A DNA stretch of 64,000 bases from a virus: positions 73,413 through 137,412 of the IMG/VR virus record IMGVR_UViG_3300017917_002814; one strand, 5' to 3'. Each line of letters starts with the position of its first letter. The stretch's first letter is position 1. Below, in pieces: positions 55,338-64,000 of the stretch. Both the position numbers and the translations under genes were made by a program. The notes beneath the pieces were generated by a model. It was given only the letters and a program-made list of their open reading frames with translations. It was not told the DNA's origin and searched no databases.

Positions 55338-57380
55338 TTATATTATCACTGCCTCAATTATTTTACTTCCGTTGCTGCCGTCGGTTACTAAACTTTTTGC
55401 AAAAACTGCTTGCCCGTAATTATTATTTTGTCCAACACTTTGAGCAAAACCTGCTTGTGCAGATGTAACCAGCAAATCTCCTTTTGAAACAGCACCTAGC
55501 ACTTGTACAGGTACACGCCCCCTTAGTGCTACTGGTAAACCTGCATTTGCTGCATTCATAAGATAGGCAGGATTTGTTGATATAACACCGGCCACTCTTA
55601 CATCAGCGAATGTTTCTGTTACAGAAATTTCTTGTTCACCACCAAATACTACCACAGTGCCAGGTTGATATTCAGCATCTGCTATGTATATTTCTGCTAA
55701 GTCAGCATACTGTGCCTGAATAGATCTGCCATAAAATGCATTCCACCAGTCAGTGTCGGATCCTATGTTGTTAGTTACTGCATTGTTAGAACTAGGTATT
55801 ATGTTACCTGTAGCAACAATAGCTATGCCGCCACTGCCACCAATGTAGAGATTACCTGTTGTTATGCTTGCTCCGCCTGAAACTTGCAGTGCCCCGGTTG
55901 ATGTTGATGTTGCCTGAGTATTGCTTGCAGTATCTAAAATACCGTTGGTCCAAATTTGACCTGTGGCAACAATGGCGTTCCCGGCACTTCCGCCTATATA
56001 AAGATTACCGGTATTGACTGCAAGGCCGCCAGTAATTACAACTGCACCTGTTGAGGTAGAAAGGGCTTTGGTGTTATTTCTAAATTGGGTCGTACCACCA
56101 CCACCAATTCGGATAGTGGTTGGTCCTGATTCAAACAGTTCACCTACCGCAGTGGTAGATGTCAAGCCAGCAGCAGTGGCCGTATTGATAGCAATATTGC
56201 CGGTATGCGTTCCACCTGTGCCATTGATTGTGCCACCTGACAGGGTACCACTGAGATCCATGTCAAAGGTCCAAATCTTGTTCCAGCGATTGCTTGTACC
56301 TGATCCTAGGTTATACGTGATATTGGTATTGGGATTTATGTTTAATGCAGTAATAGTACCAGACATGGCCAGGCTAGTCAGTGTTCCTAAACTAGTGATA
56401 AACGGTTGTGCTGGCATGGTAACATTACCAAATATATTACCCCAAATACCACCAGTGCTAGGAACAATCAGGTTGGCAAGATAAACATTACCTGCTACTC
56501 CCATACCACCTGTAACAATAACAGCACCTGTTGTGGTAGATGTTGAAGGACTGGTACATGCAAATGTGGTAGCTAGTCCCACTGTGCCACCATTAAATGC
56601 AGTAGCAGCAGTTTGTACTGGACTGCCATTGATAAAAATTGTGTCCCCGTTTACAAAATACATGTTGCCCACGTGATAACCAGACACCGACAAGTTTCCT
56701 ACGTTGGCCCTAGTGGCATGTAAATTTCCAAGAATACCTACACCACCTTTGACTTGCAATGCTCCTGTTACATTACTTGTAGCAGCAGTAGTATTACTCA
56801 GTAATAGTTGCCCAAATTGTACATTACCAAATGTACCTGCGGTAATAACATTACCAGCAGACTCTGTTATTTGATCAAGATAAACCAAACTTCTGGTGGT
56901 ATTTTGCCAACCCAAGAAAGCCTTTTGTTCGCCAGCTTTGTAGTATTGCCATTCTAGACCAATATCTCTACTATCATCAATTGCCAATGGTGTGGCAGAA
57001 TAGTGAAGATTTAAAATAGATCCGCTTGAAGTTTGGCTTTGAGTAGCTGCTTGACTTCCGCTGACACTTAAATTTCCGACTATGGTAACATTTCCAACAA
57101 TGTATGCACCATTTTGACTTACATACAGATTACCGTTACTTGTGACTGTGCCTCCTACTAGACTGGCAGCATTTACATAACTAGTAGCCAATACATAACT
57201 GTTAGAAATCAAATAACCACCTGTGACACTTACCGCACTGATTATTGATGATTCTGTTCCAGCAAACAATCCACCTTGAATGAATTGGAAATTGTCATTT
57301 ACACTATCAAAAGCACTTCTGATAGAATCTCCTGTGCCATCGTTTGCAACTGCCCCTATATTGATTGTATTAATTGCCAT
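55338..57380 (-). CDS. tail fibre with T4 gp9/gp10-like N-terminus and C-terminal intramolecular chaperone/auto-cleavage domain
   Basis: NIG..ANDGTGD.IR.AF..VN.NF; repeated S..TGA..V.GG units; YADLAE....G.V..GVIS..P....PVAL.GRVPV. Confidence 0.8.
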   Translation of the reverse strand: MAINTINIGAVANDGTGDSIRSAFDSVNDNFQFIQGGLFAGTESSIISAVSVTGGYLISNSYVLATSYVNAASLVGGTVTSNGNLYVSQNGAYIVGNVTIVGNLSVSGSQAATQSQTSSGSILNLHYSATPLAIDDSRDIGLEWQYYKAGEQKAFLGWQNTTRSLVYLDQITESAGNVITAGTFGNVQFGQLLLSNTTAATSNVTGALQVKGGVGILGNLHATRANVGNLSVSGYHVGNMYFVNGDTIFINGSPVQTAATAFNGGTVGLATTFACTSPSTSTTTGAVIVTGGMGVAGNVYLANLIVPSTGGIWGNIFGNVTMPAQPFITSLGTLTSLAMSGTITALNINPNTNITYNLGSGTSNRWNKIWTFDMDLSGTLSGGTINGTGGTHTGNIAINTATAAGLTSTTAVGELFESGPTTIRIGGGGTTQFRNNTKALSTSTGAVVITGGLAVNTGNLYIGGSAGNAIVATGQIWTNGILDTASNTQATSTSTGALQVSGGASITTGNLYIGGSGGIAIVATGNIIPSSNNAVTNNIGSDTDWWNAFYGRSIQAQYADLAEIYIADAEYQPGTVVVFGGEQEISVTETFADVRVAGVISTNPAYLMNAANAGLPVALRGRVPVQVLGAVSKGDLLVTSAQAGFAQSVGQNNNYGQAVFAKSLVTDGSNGSKIIEAVII

Positions 57381-57396
57381 TTTTTATTCCATTTAA

Positions 57397-60144
57397 TTAG
57401 CCACCCAAGGCTCGTAATCTAGCCGCAAGTTCGTCTAAGGCCTGTTGGATATTGGTTATCGTTCCGTTGTAATTTGCTGCATTATTTGGTGTGTATGCAG
57501 CATTACCTAAGATGTTTGATTGAAACAACGATAGAGTGCCAATATTTGCGTACAAGCCAGGCACATCAATGATAGCTGTTTGTTGAACCGTGTTGTCGGA
57601 AAAACGTAAATTTGATCTGATTAAAGTCAAATCGCCATCTTTAAATAAACCAATTGCGGCAGTGTTTGCAACTATAAAAGTATTATTATCACTGCGTAAA
57701 GCTGTGTTTCCGCCTATACATGTAAAATAACCATCATTAGGAAATTCTTGTAACCCAGTATCACCGGCAGGCACTGTGAAGTTGCCGGACCAGCCACTGC
57801 TGTTTATACCAATGTTGAGGTAATAATTGTCATCAGTTCCGTTGTCGGCAGTGATTACAAAGTCTCCTGACGCCGACGATCCACTATTCAAATTTTGCAC
57901 TACAACCTGATAATAACTGTCCACGTTTCCTACAAATATTCCGCCTAAATCTGGAAAGCTTACTGGGCTTGTATTACCAACTTCAAGATTAGAGCCTATT
58001 TTGACAGTAGTATTGGCCAATATGTAGTTTGCCTGTATGTTACCATTAAAAATAGTTCCAAGCACATTGGCACTAAATGTTTCTAAATTTAAAATTTTAG
58101 AATTAGCTGCGGTTATATTAGCATTTACTAAACTTATTTTGCTTTCTTGACTGACTGCATTACTTTGTAACACAGAAACGTTATTGGTTATAGATCCCAC
58201 GTTAGCATCTAATATTATAATCTTGGAATTGGCTGCTGCTGTGTTGGCTAGATTTAAATTTAAATTTGCGTATATATTGTCTATATCAAGTGCTTGGGCA
58301 GCCGCATTGGCAAATAAGGTGTTTATACTGAGATTGGCTGCTGTTACATTTGCATTGATCAAATTTATTAGTGTAGCCTGTGTAGCTGCATTTGAACTCA
58401 GAGTACCAATATTGGTATTGGCAGCTACTACATTGGCATTTAATAAATTAATTTGTATTGCCTGGGCGGCTGCATTACTCTGTAACAGTATAATATTATC
58501 TTGCTGTGCCTGTGCGTTACTCTGTAAATTGTTTAATTCGAGAGCTTGAGAGGCTGCATTAGTAGTCAGTGTGGCAATATTTAAGTTTGCAGCAACAAGA
58601 TTGGCGTTTAATACGCTGATTGAGATTAGTTGTGCATTTGCATAGGTCTGATATGATCCAATGTTTGCAGCAATCAATTCTATTGCTGTAGCCTGAGCTG
58701 ATGCGTTTGAACTTAGTACATTTAAAATTGTTGCTTGGGCGGCTGCATTACTTAGCAAAGAGTCTAATTCTAATGCTTGTGCAGTTGCATTAGATTGCAA
58801 TGCAGAAATCGCAATATTAGCTGCTGTAATGTTTGCATTTATAGAAGTAACATTTGCGTTACCTCCAAAGGCAGTGGATTGTACAGTTCCATCCGAAAAG
58901 ACAATTTTGGTACCGTGCTGCAAATAAATTAAATTTCCAGCAGTGATAGTGACTTGTGGTATTTCAAGATTTCCGGACGTGATTCTTACATTTCCGTTGT
59001 TGCTGTATAAACTTAAATTGCCACCGGTATTGTATACAAATGCGTCGTGAGCATAAGAGCCCGGGTAATAAGGGTCATAGAATTGACTACCATTTACACC
59101 AACGCTTATGTAGTTACTGGTGTCATCACCATCATTTGCTGTTACAACTAAATCTCCGGATCCTACTGGGTCTAGATTTTGTAAATTAAGTTGATAATAT
59201 CTTGAATTATTTGGTCCAGGATTTTGAGCAGAATTGCCAAAAATTATTATTGCCGGGTTGGCAAAAGATTGTCCTGCTGCTATGTCTGTGGCCGATCCAA
59301 CAACCATGTAGGTTTGTGACCAAATTGCATTAGTACTTGTAATTGAATTAGCACTTACATTACCAGAAAAATCAGCACCTGACAAATTGGCTCTTAGTAA
59401 AATAGCCGCATTTGCAGCAGCTATATTGGCGTTCACTGAAGCAACATTGGCTAATATTGCATTACTGCTGAGAGCAACATCTATGCTTGTATCAACATAT
59501 GAAATAGTTGCTTTTGTGTTGGTTAAATTGGTAATTGCTGTGGCTTGAGTAGCCGCATTACTTTCAAGTGTGGTTATTCTAGCGGTATGATTGCTAATAA
59601 CTGCATTAGCAGCAGTAATATTAGCATTTAATGAATCAGTTACAGTGCCAGTCACATTTGCCACATTGGCAGCTATGGCAGCATTTACATATGCTTTGCT
59701 TGCCGCGCCGTCAATGTTGTTGACTGTCAAAGTAACATTGCCAGTAAGACCATTTACTCGCAGCACTGGTGATATAGGAGTGCCTGTGGCTGAGACTGTG
59801 GCTATGTTGCCAATAGTGGCATTTGCCAGGCTAGTTACAGTTAGAAGTACGTCATTGAGCGGAGTTGACCCGCCTACTACGTTACCACGAATCAAATAAA
59901 CATTGCCCACCACTTGCCCGGTACCTTTTAATACCGGTGTTGCAGCATAACTTTCTGTATATCTAGTAACATTAAAAGTAATACCAACAACATTACTAGT
60001 AATATTACCATAAGTTAAACCTTCGTTATCTACTGTGGTGTATAACTCGGTAAAGTTATCATTTATTTTGGTAAATGCCTCGCGTAACGGATCACCTGTG
60101 CCGTCGCTTGCAGAAGTTCCAACGTCAATAACTTGTTGTGCCAT
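57397..60144 (-). CDS. long tail fibre/spike with gp10-like N-terminus and coiled-coil repeats
   Basis: DGTGDPLR.AF.KIN.NF.ELY; 14-residue L.SNA..QA repeats; duplicated YYQ...QNL...SGD domain. Confidence 0.8.
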   Translation of the reverse strand: MAQQVIDVGTSASDGTGDPLREAFTKINDNFTELYTTVDNEGLTYGNITSNVVGITFNVTRYTESYAATPVLKGTGQVVGNVYLIRGNVVGGSTPLNDVLLTVTSLANATIGNIATVSATGTPISPVLRVNGLTGNVTLTVNNIDGAASKAYVNAAIAANVANVTGTVTDSLNANITAANAVISNHTARITTLESNAATQATAITNLTNTKATISYVDTSIDVALSSNAILANVASVNANIAAANAAILLRANLSGADFSGNVSANSITSTNAIWSQTYMVVGSATDIAAGQSFANPAIIIFGNSAQNPGPNNSRYYQLNLQNLDPVGSGDLVVTANDGDDTSNYISVGVNGSQFYDPYYPGSYAHDAFVYNTGGNLSLYSNNGNVRITSGNLEIPQVTITAGNLIYLQHGTKIVFSDGTVQSTAFGGNANVTSINANITAANIAISALQSNATAQALELDSLLSNAAAQATILNVLSSNASAQATAIELIAANIGSYQTYANAQLISISVLNANLVAANLNIATLTTNAASQALELNNLQSNAQAQQDNIILLQSNAAAQAIQINLLNANVVAANTNIGTLSSNAATQATLINLINANVTAANLSINTLFANAAAQALDIDNIYANLNLNLANTAAANSKIIILDANVGSITNNVSVLQSNAVSQESKISLVNANITAANSKILNLETFSANVLGTIFNGNIQANYILANTTVKIGSNLEVGNTSPVSFPDLGGIFVGNVDSYYQVVVQNLNSGSSASGDFVITADNGTDDNYYLNIGINSSGWSGNFTVPAGDTGLQEFPNDGYFTCIGGNTALRSDNNTFIVANTAAIGLFKDGDLTLIRSNLRFSDNTVQQTAIIDVPGLYANIGTLSLFQSNILGNAAYTPNNAANYNGTITNIQQALDELAARLRALGG

Positions 60145-60164
60145 AAATCATCCTATATACTAGG

Positions 60165-60172
60165 TATTTATG
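60165..60172 (-). promoter_or_regulatory. T4-like late promoter (CATAAATA) heading the tail operon
   Basis: intergenic, 20 nt upstream of the ATG at 60144. Confidence 0.65.
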
Positions 60173-60202
60173 GCTTTTGGCGGGAATGGAGTTTTGGCGG
60201 GC

Positions 60203-60529
60203 TTAGTAAGGTGTAAAACTGCTACCGCAACCGCAAGTGGTTTGGGCTTGTGGATTTTCTATAGCAAAACTGGCGCCCATGTCATCCTCGGTATATTTTA
60301 TTTTGGCACCTTGTAAGTATTGTGCGCTCATTGAATCGACTAGCAATCCTACACCGTTAAACTCGAGGTCAAAATCGTCCTCGTTTTTTTCTTCATCAAA
60401 AGTGAATCCGTATTGCATGCCTGAGCAGCCACCGCCCTGTACAAATATGCGCAGTTTTAGATCAGGGTTGCCTTCTTCGGCAATAAGTTCTTTAAGTTTT
60501 ATTACTGCACTTTCTTGTAAATCAATCAT
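60203..60529 (-). CDS. erpA: iron-sulfur cluster insertion protein ErpA/IscA
   Basis: GGGCSG.QYGF and CGCGSSF motifs. Confidence 0.93.
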   Translation of the reverse strand: MIDLQESAVIKLKELIAEEGNPDLKLRIFVQGGGCSGMQYGFTFDEEKNEDDFDLEFNGVGLLVDSMSAQYLQGAKIKYTEDDMGASFAIENPQAQTTCGCGSSFTPY

Positions 60530-61077
60530 GCACGATCTCCTGCGTAAATTCTTCTATTCACATATTCCCAGTTGATAATACGCCATATATTTTTTAAATA
60601 ACGTTTTTTGTCCGCTCCGTAATCAGTGACCCACGCATGTTCCCACCAATCTACTAGCAAAGCTATATCTGTGCGTTTTTGGTGATTCTTGATTGTCTTT
60701 ATTTTGCCATCTCTGCTTAGATAAATCCAATTTGATCCTTGCAGTTTCATGGCCTCTTCTTCAAAGTCCTTTTTGAAATCATTGAAATTTCCAAAATGTC
60801 TGTTTATCAAAGCCAAACTGGCTCCTGAAGGAGAATTTCCGTTTTTTGGCGCCCTTAGTTGAGGAAAAAAAATGTTATGTAAGTATGCGCCTGCTTCGTT
60901 GAACGTGGCGTCGCCTTCGCCCTTGTTGTAACGATCAACATAACCGCGAGCTAATTTACCATAATGATTTTCTAACGTTGCTTTGCTCATTACTGGAGCA
61001 AGACTGGTCATACTGTAAGGTAGTTTTTTAAGCTCTAATTTTTGTTTGTCTTCAGTCAGGTCAATGAGTTCGCGCAT
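60526..61077 (-). CDS. Fe/Mn superoxide dismutase
   Basis: LPY...L.P, H.......Y, H..FF, GS.W and DWWEHAW metal-ligand motifs. Confidence 0.88.
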   Translation of the reverse strand: MRELIDLTEDKQKLELKKLPYSMTSLAPVMSKATLENHYGKLARGYVDRYNKGEGDATFNEAGAYLHNIFFPQLRAPKNGNSPSGASLALINRHFGNFNDFKKDFEEEAMKLQGSNWIYLSRDGKIKTIKNHQKRTDIALLVDWWEHAWVTDYGADKKRYLKNIWRIINWEYVNRRIYAGDRA

Positions 61078-61081
61078 AGTG

Positions 61082-61783
61082 TTATTTATTTTTTATACGT
61101 GGTAGTATCTTACCATGCATTGTATAAATGGAATTGTCAGGAACATCTTTTAATACACAACTATTGACATAAACGATAGAATTTTTACCAATTGTGGTCG
61201 TGGGTTTTTTCCTGGGCAAAATTATACAACCAACGCCAATTCTACAATTATCATTTATCATGGCATGGGCCGTTGTTGTAGTCGCTCCTACTATAACATT
61301 TCTACCAATAACAGTTTCTGTTCCAATGTTGCAGTCCCAATCTATTACACTATAATCGCCAATTACTATGTTGCTTGTAAACTTTGCATGTCCCAGTATT
61401 AGGATACCTTTTCCTAAATTTAATGTATCTGTGCCGTGGAAAAATTGTGATGTTGGGTGTATTAAATTTACTACATTTACACCTGATTCATCTAATAGAT
61501 CTGCCCTTTGCTGTCTAAGCTGACCTCCATCTTGGCCTTTTCCGCTCAAGTCTTGACTGCCGTCCCACCAGTTTGCTAAGAAAAAAGAATAATTTTGCCA
61601 TCGATTATTGGGTGATTTTAATTCATCTTCGCTACCAATAACAGGTATGCTATCAATGTATGCCGTGTTCCCCCAATAGTGCCGATCTAAAATGCCTACT
61701 ATTTCATAATCAAGATCTTTGGCGGTGTAGACAATGTCTGACAGATTTTTCCTACTTCCTACTAGAATGAGTTTTTTATTCAT
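61082..61783 (-). CDS. PglD/NeuD-like sugar O/N-acetyltransferase
   Basis: N-terminal Rossmann-like domain, LIHP, hexapeptide (LbH) repeats. Confidence 0.8.
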   Translation of the reverse strand: MNKKLILVGSRKNLSDIVYTAKDLDYEIVGILDRHYWGNTAYIDSIPVIGSEDELKSPNNRWQNYSFFLANWWDGSQDLSGKGQDGGQLRQQRADLLDESGVNVVNLIHPTSQFFHGTDTLNLGKGILILGHAKFTSNIVIGDYSVIDWDCNIGTETVIGRNVIVGATTTTAHAMINDNCRIGVGCIILPRKKPTTTIGKNSIVYVNSCVLKDVPDNSIYTMHGKILPRIKNK

Positions 61784-61998
61784 TTACTTCTATAAATTAT
61801 ACGTCCTCTGTTTAAATCGTATGGACTCATTTCTATTTCTACATTGTCTCCAACTAATACACGTATATTATTCTGTCTTAGGCGTCCTGCCAAGGTGGCA
61901 ATAATTTGATGTTGATTTTCCAGTGTTACTCTAAACATGGCACTTGGAAGCAATTCGTCCACTATACCACTCAGTCTAATTAAATCTTCCTTACTCAC
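61780..61998 (-). CDS. infA: translation initiation factor IF-1
   Basis: MSKED.I...G.V...LP...F.V.L.N......G......IR...GD.V..E.SPYDL.RGRI.YR, 72 aa. Confidence 0.95.
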   Translation of the reverse strand: MSKEDLIRLSGIVDELLPSAMFRVTLENQHQIIATLAGRLRQNNIRVLVGDNVEIEMSPYDLNRGRIIYRSK

Positions 61999-62022
61999 AA
62001 ATCCTCTTAGTAAAGTACGTAT

Positions 62023-62400
62023 TTATCGACGCATACTGCTGATATCTTTGGCTTCTTGATCACTAAAGATAGGTACAGCATTGCTCTTGTGCATGGTACC
62101 AATGCCCACAATGTTGTCGCCTGTGTACCGTTGCGGCATACGAACATTTACTGCACCTTTGACACCTGTGTCAAGACTAGGTATGCGCGGCTGATCTGCA
62201 TCGCGACGCATAGGCTTGGGCGGCACATAAGATGTCCGTCCAATTTTTATTTTAGTTTTTGGTGCATATTTGTCTTTGATTTTTTGCCATTCTGCATCTA
62301 ATAATTCAGCCTGTTTTTTTTGATCGGCTGAAGCCCATTTCTTTTTACCTTTACGGCGCCCTGTCATGGACAACCAAGGTCCTTCCATGTGCATACTCAT
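62023..62400 (-). CDS. hypothetical basic phage protein
   Basis: YTG....GI.TMHKSNAVP motif; start likely MSMHME. Confidence 0.75.
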   Translation of the reverse strand: MSMHMEGPWLSMTGRRKGKKKWASADQKKQAELLDAEWQKIKDKYAPKTKIKIGRTSYVPPKPMRRDADQPRIPSLDTGVKGAVNVRMPQRYTGDNIVGIGTMHKSNAVPIFSDQEAKDISSMRR

Positions 62401-62429
62401 AGTTGTTAGCAATAAGTTGATAGATTAGT

Positions 62430-62458
62430 ATTATAACACTAAATGGATTTTGCGTCAA
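62430..62458 (-). promoter_or_regulatory. sigma70-type promoter (TTGACG-17-TATAAT)
   Basis: near-consensus with 17-nt spacer. Confidence 0.7.
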
Positions 62459-62804
62459 GCGGTTCTAATACTTTTGTAATTGTTGCTTTTTCGTTAACAA
62501 TTAGTATTTTGTGTTTTGGATAGTGTAGTTGAATGTTTTTTGCAGCTTCGTCTTCGGTAAGTCCTTGACCCAAAAACTTATTGTGTTTTCCATACGCCAA
62601 AACCACCCTATGACCATTTTCTTCAATGTGCTCAAACCGCATTGCAAGAACAGATTTTTCTGCCTCTTTAATAAGTTCTGCCTCTTCTACAGCATCATTT
62701 ATTTTGGTTTTGATTTGCTGTACAAACATCCAAGATTTTAATAATTGCCAACCAAGATAAAAAAAACACACCCAACCAATAAATTCAATAAAGTCCATGA
62801 TCAT
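62439..62804 (-). CDS. hypothetical membrane-anchored protein
   Basis: N-terminal TM segment; ATGA overlap with the upstream stop. Confidence 0.7.
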   Translation of the reverse strand: MIMDFIEFIGWVCFFYLGWQLLKSWMFVQQIKTKINDAVEEAELIKEAEKSVLAMRFEHIEENGHRVVLAYGKHNKFLGQGLTEDEAAKNIQLHYPKHKILIVNEKATITKVLEPLDAKSI

Positions 62805-63631
62805 GTCCAAAGTGATTGACGGATTCGAATCAGACGAATCATCATTTCTTCGTCCTCTTGATTATACTTATCTTCAATCGTTTGAGTTGCATCCAAGGCT
62901 TGACTACTGGCCGCACGTTCTTCATCTGTGCGATCCTCGAAGTCTAAAAAATCTCGTCCTTCGTTTCTAAATTTTGCACAATAGTCCGACCATCCACCGG
63001 CATCATGAGGGTCAGGTCTATTAGGATAGACTTCGGTCCACCATTTGTATAGCTCTAGTATTTCTCGAGCATGAATAGCTTGTTGTGTTGGTTCGGCTAG
63101 ATGTTTTTTGTCATCATCAAGAAACTCTGCATTAGTAAGTTCCATTTGCCAGGCAAGGCAATCCAGGCCAGCTTGTGGACAGCGCCAAGTGCGCCAACGC
63201 CACCATCCTGTAGCCCAAAATGGTGCGTTATACTTGGCCTTCTCTTCACGGTCGCTCCAGGCTATGTGCCACCAAGCGAGCTCCACCTCAACAAAGTCTC
63301 TAAGTTCATTAAAAAGACATGGAAGAAAACGGTTGCCAACATCACGCCACTCGCCGCGAGGAATGTCGCTTGGATGAGCAGTAAGAGCGTGGGTACAAGT
63401 GACCCAACGATTGTTGATATAATATTTGAGACCATACAGTTTATCCGGTATGTAGTAAACGAATCGTTGTAGATAATCTAGTCCTTCTTCGGCCAGCCAA
63501 TACCGCACAGGGTGTTTCTTTTGTGCTTCTTCGCGCCATTCGCGCCAGCCACGACTGGTTTGCGCCCCGGGACTGGGTGTTCCACGCAGCCAGTCAGCAA
63601 AAGGTCCAATTGTCCAATAATGATTACGCAT
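62801..63631 (-). CDS. Trp-rich hypothetical phage protein
   Basis: 276 aa; LY.WW...P.R and EM..RLI.IR..LWT motifs. Confidence 0.8.
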   Translation of the reverse strand: MRNHYWTIGPFADWLRGTPSPGAQTSRGWREWREEAQKKHPVRYWLAEEGLDYLQRFVYYIPDKLYGLKYYINNRWVTCTHALTAHPSDIPRGEWRDVGNRFLPCLFNELRDFVEVELAWWHIAWSDREEKAKYNAPFWATGWWRWRTWRCPQAGLDCLAWQMELTNAEFLDDDKKHLAEPTQQAIHAREILELYKWWTEVYPNRPDPHDAGGWSDYCAKFRNEGRDFLDFEDRTDEERAASSQALDATQTIEDKYNQEDEEMMIRLIRIRQSLWT

Positions 63632-63968
63632 CGGTTTTCTTTCTGTTATTTCTAAAAGTTTCTACATCCATTATAGCACATTCAAGAGTTTTTGCATAGT
63701 TCAAAGCCTGCTGTTTGGACATATGAATGTCATTGTACATTTCAACATAGCCCCGAGTGATCAAAGTCCATATGTTCTGCCAACGATTTCGGCTCCACCA
63801 GTTGCTTTTGGTTTTGACATAGATTCTGGCCCAAATACCGGTTTCGTCGGCTTCAACATTTAGTTCGTGGTCGGCTCCACATCCACAACTGCACGGTACA
63901 ACATAAAACATGCTGTCGCCAAAATCGTTGGTTTTTAGGATACCTTCAGCTGGCCGTTCTACTTCCAT
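63624..63968 (-). CDS. hypothetical protein with CxCxC motif
   Basis: 114-aa ORF, GAGGA SD. Confidence 0.7.
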   Translation of the reverse strand: MEVERPAEGILKTNDFGDSMFYVVPCSCGCGADHELNVEADETGIWARIYVKTKSNWWSRNRWQNIWTLITRGYVEMYNDIHMSKQQALNYAKTLECAIMDVETFRNNRKKTDA

Positions 63969-64000
63969 TGTAATCGGTCCTCTAGTTTGAATTCAGCATC

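Noticed and set aside
1-64000. Most plus-strand and nested alternative-frame ORFs in the supplied track (e.g. 9099-9374, 20604-21101, 36140-36682, 56014-56484)
   Set aside because: They lie within or antisense to well-supported genes, lack SDs and recognisable motifs, and look like shadow ORFs.
1-64000. CRISPR array, tRNA or rRNA genes
   Set aside because: I saw no regularly spaced repeats with unique spacers, no cloverleaf with a T-loop motif, and no intergenic gap large enough for rRNA. This was by eye only, so a divergent tRNA could be missed.
1-64000. Stop-codon reassignment (alternative genetic code)
   Set aside because: Long conserved genes are intact in the standard code, and TAA, TAG and TGA all end genes at sensible positions.

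Overview
The whole window looks like part of a large, AT-rich, T4-like (myovirus-type) tailed phage genome. It is densely coded in the standard genetic code, and nearly all genes are on the minus strand; only phoH and a radical-SAM gene are on plus. Spanins and a Burkholderiales-like ErpA suggest a Gram-negative, possibly betaproteobacterial, host. Contents: (1) replication genes (family-B DNA polymerase, sliding clamp, clamp loader, RNase H/5'-3' exonuclease, a catalytically incomplete DnaE fragment, MazG, 5'-nucleotidase). (2) A 7-deazaguanine DNA-modification cluster (folE, queD, atypical queE, TGT/DpdA-like, DpdL-like T-fold protein, no queC), interleaved with a purine phosphoribosyltransferase, a GT-B glycosyltransferase and nucleotide-sugar enzymes. 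(3) A block of modular proteins with T4-like capsid-targeting N-termini and many (V/I/L)-x-E junctions, which look like protease-processed head polyproteins. (4) Chaperone and stress genes (ClpA, DnaJ, GroES, YccA, Dps, SOD, ErpA, IF-1). (5) A lysis cassette and baseplate/tail-fibre genes. The best new leads are a riboswitch-like pseudoknot plus SD-sequestering hairpin in the queD leader, the possibly glycosylated or nucleotide-level deazaguanine pathway, and the E-delimited polyproteins. Other leads are systematic leaderless mRNAs and several promoter-embedded hairpins. All family calls are from motif recognition by eye; no database search or folding program was run.
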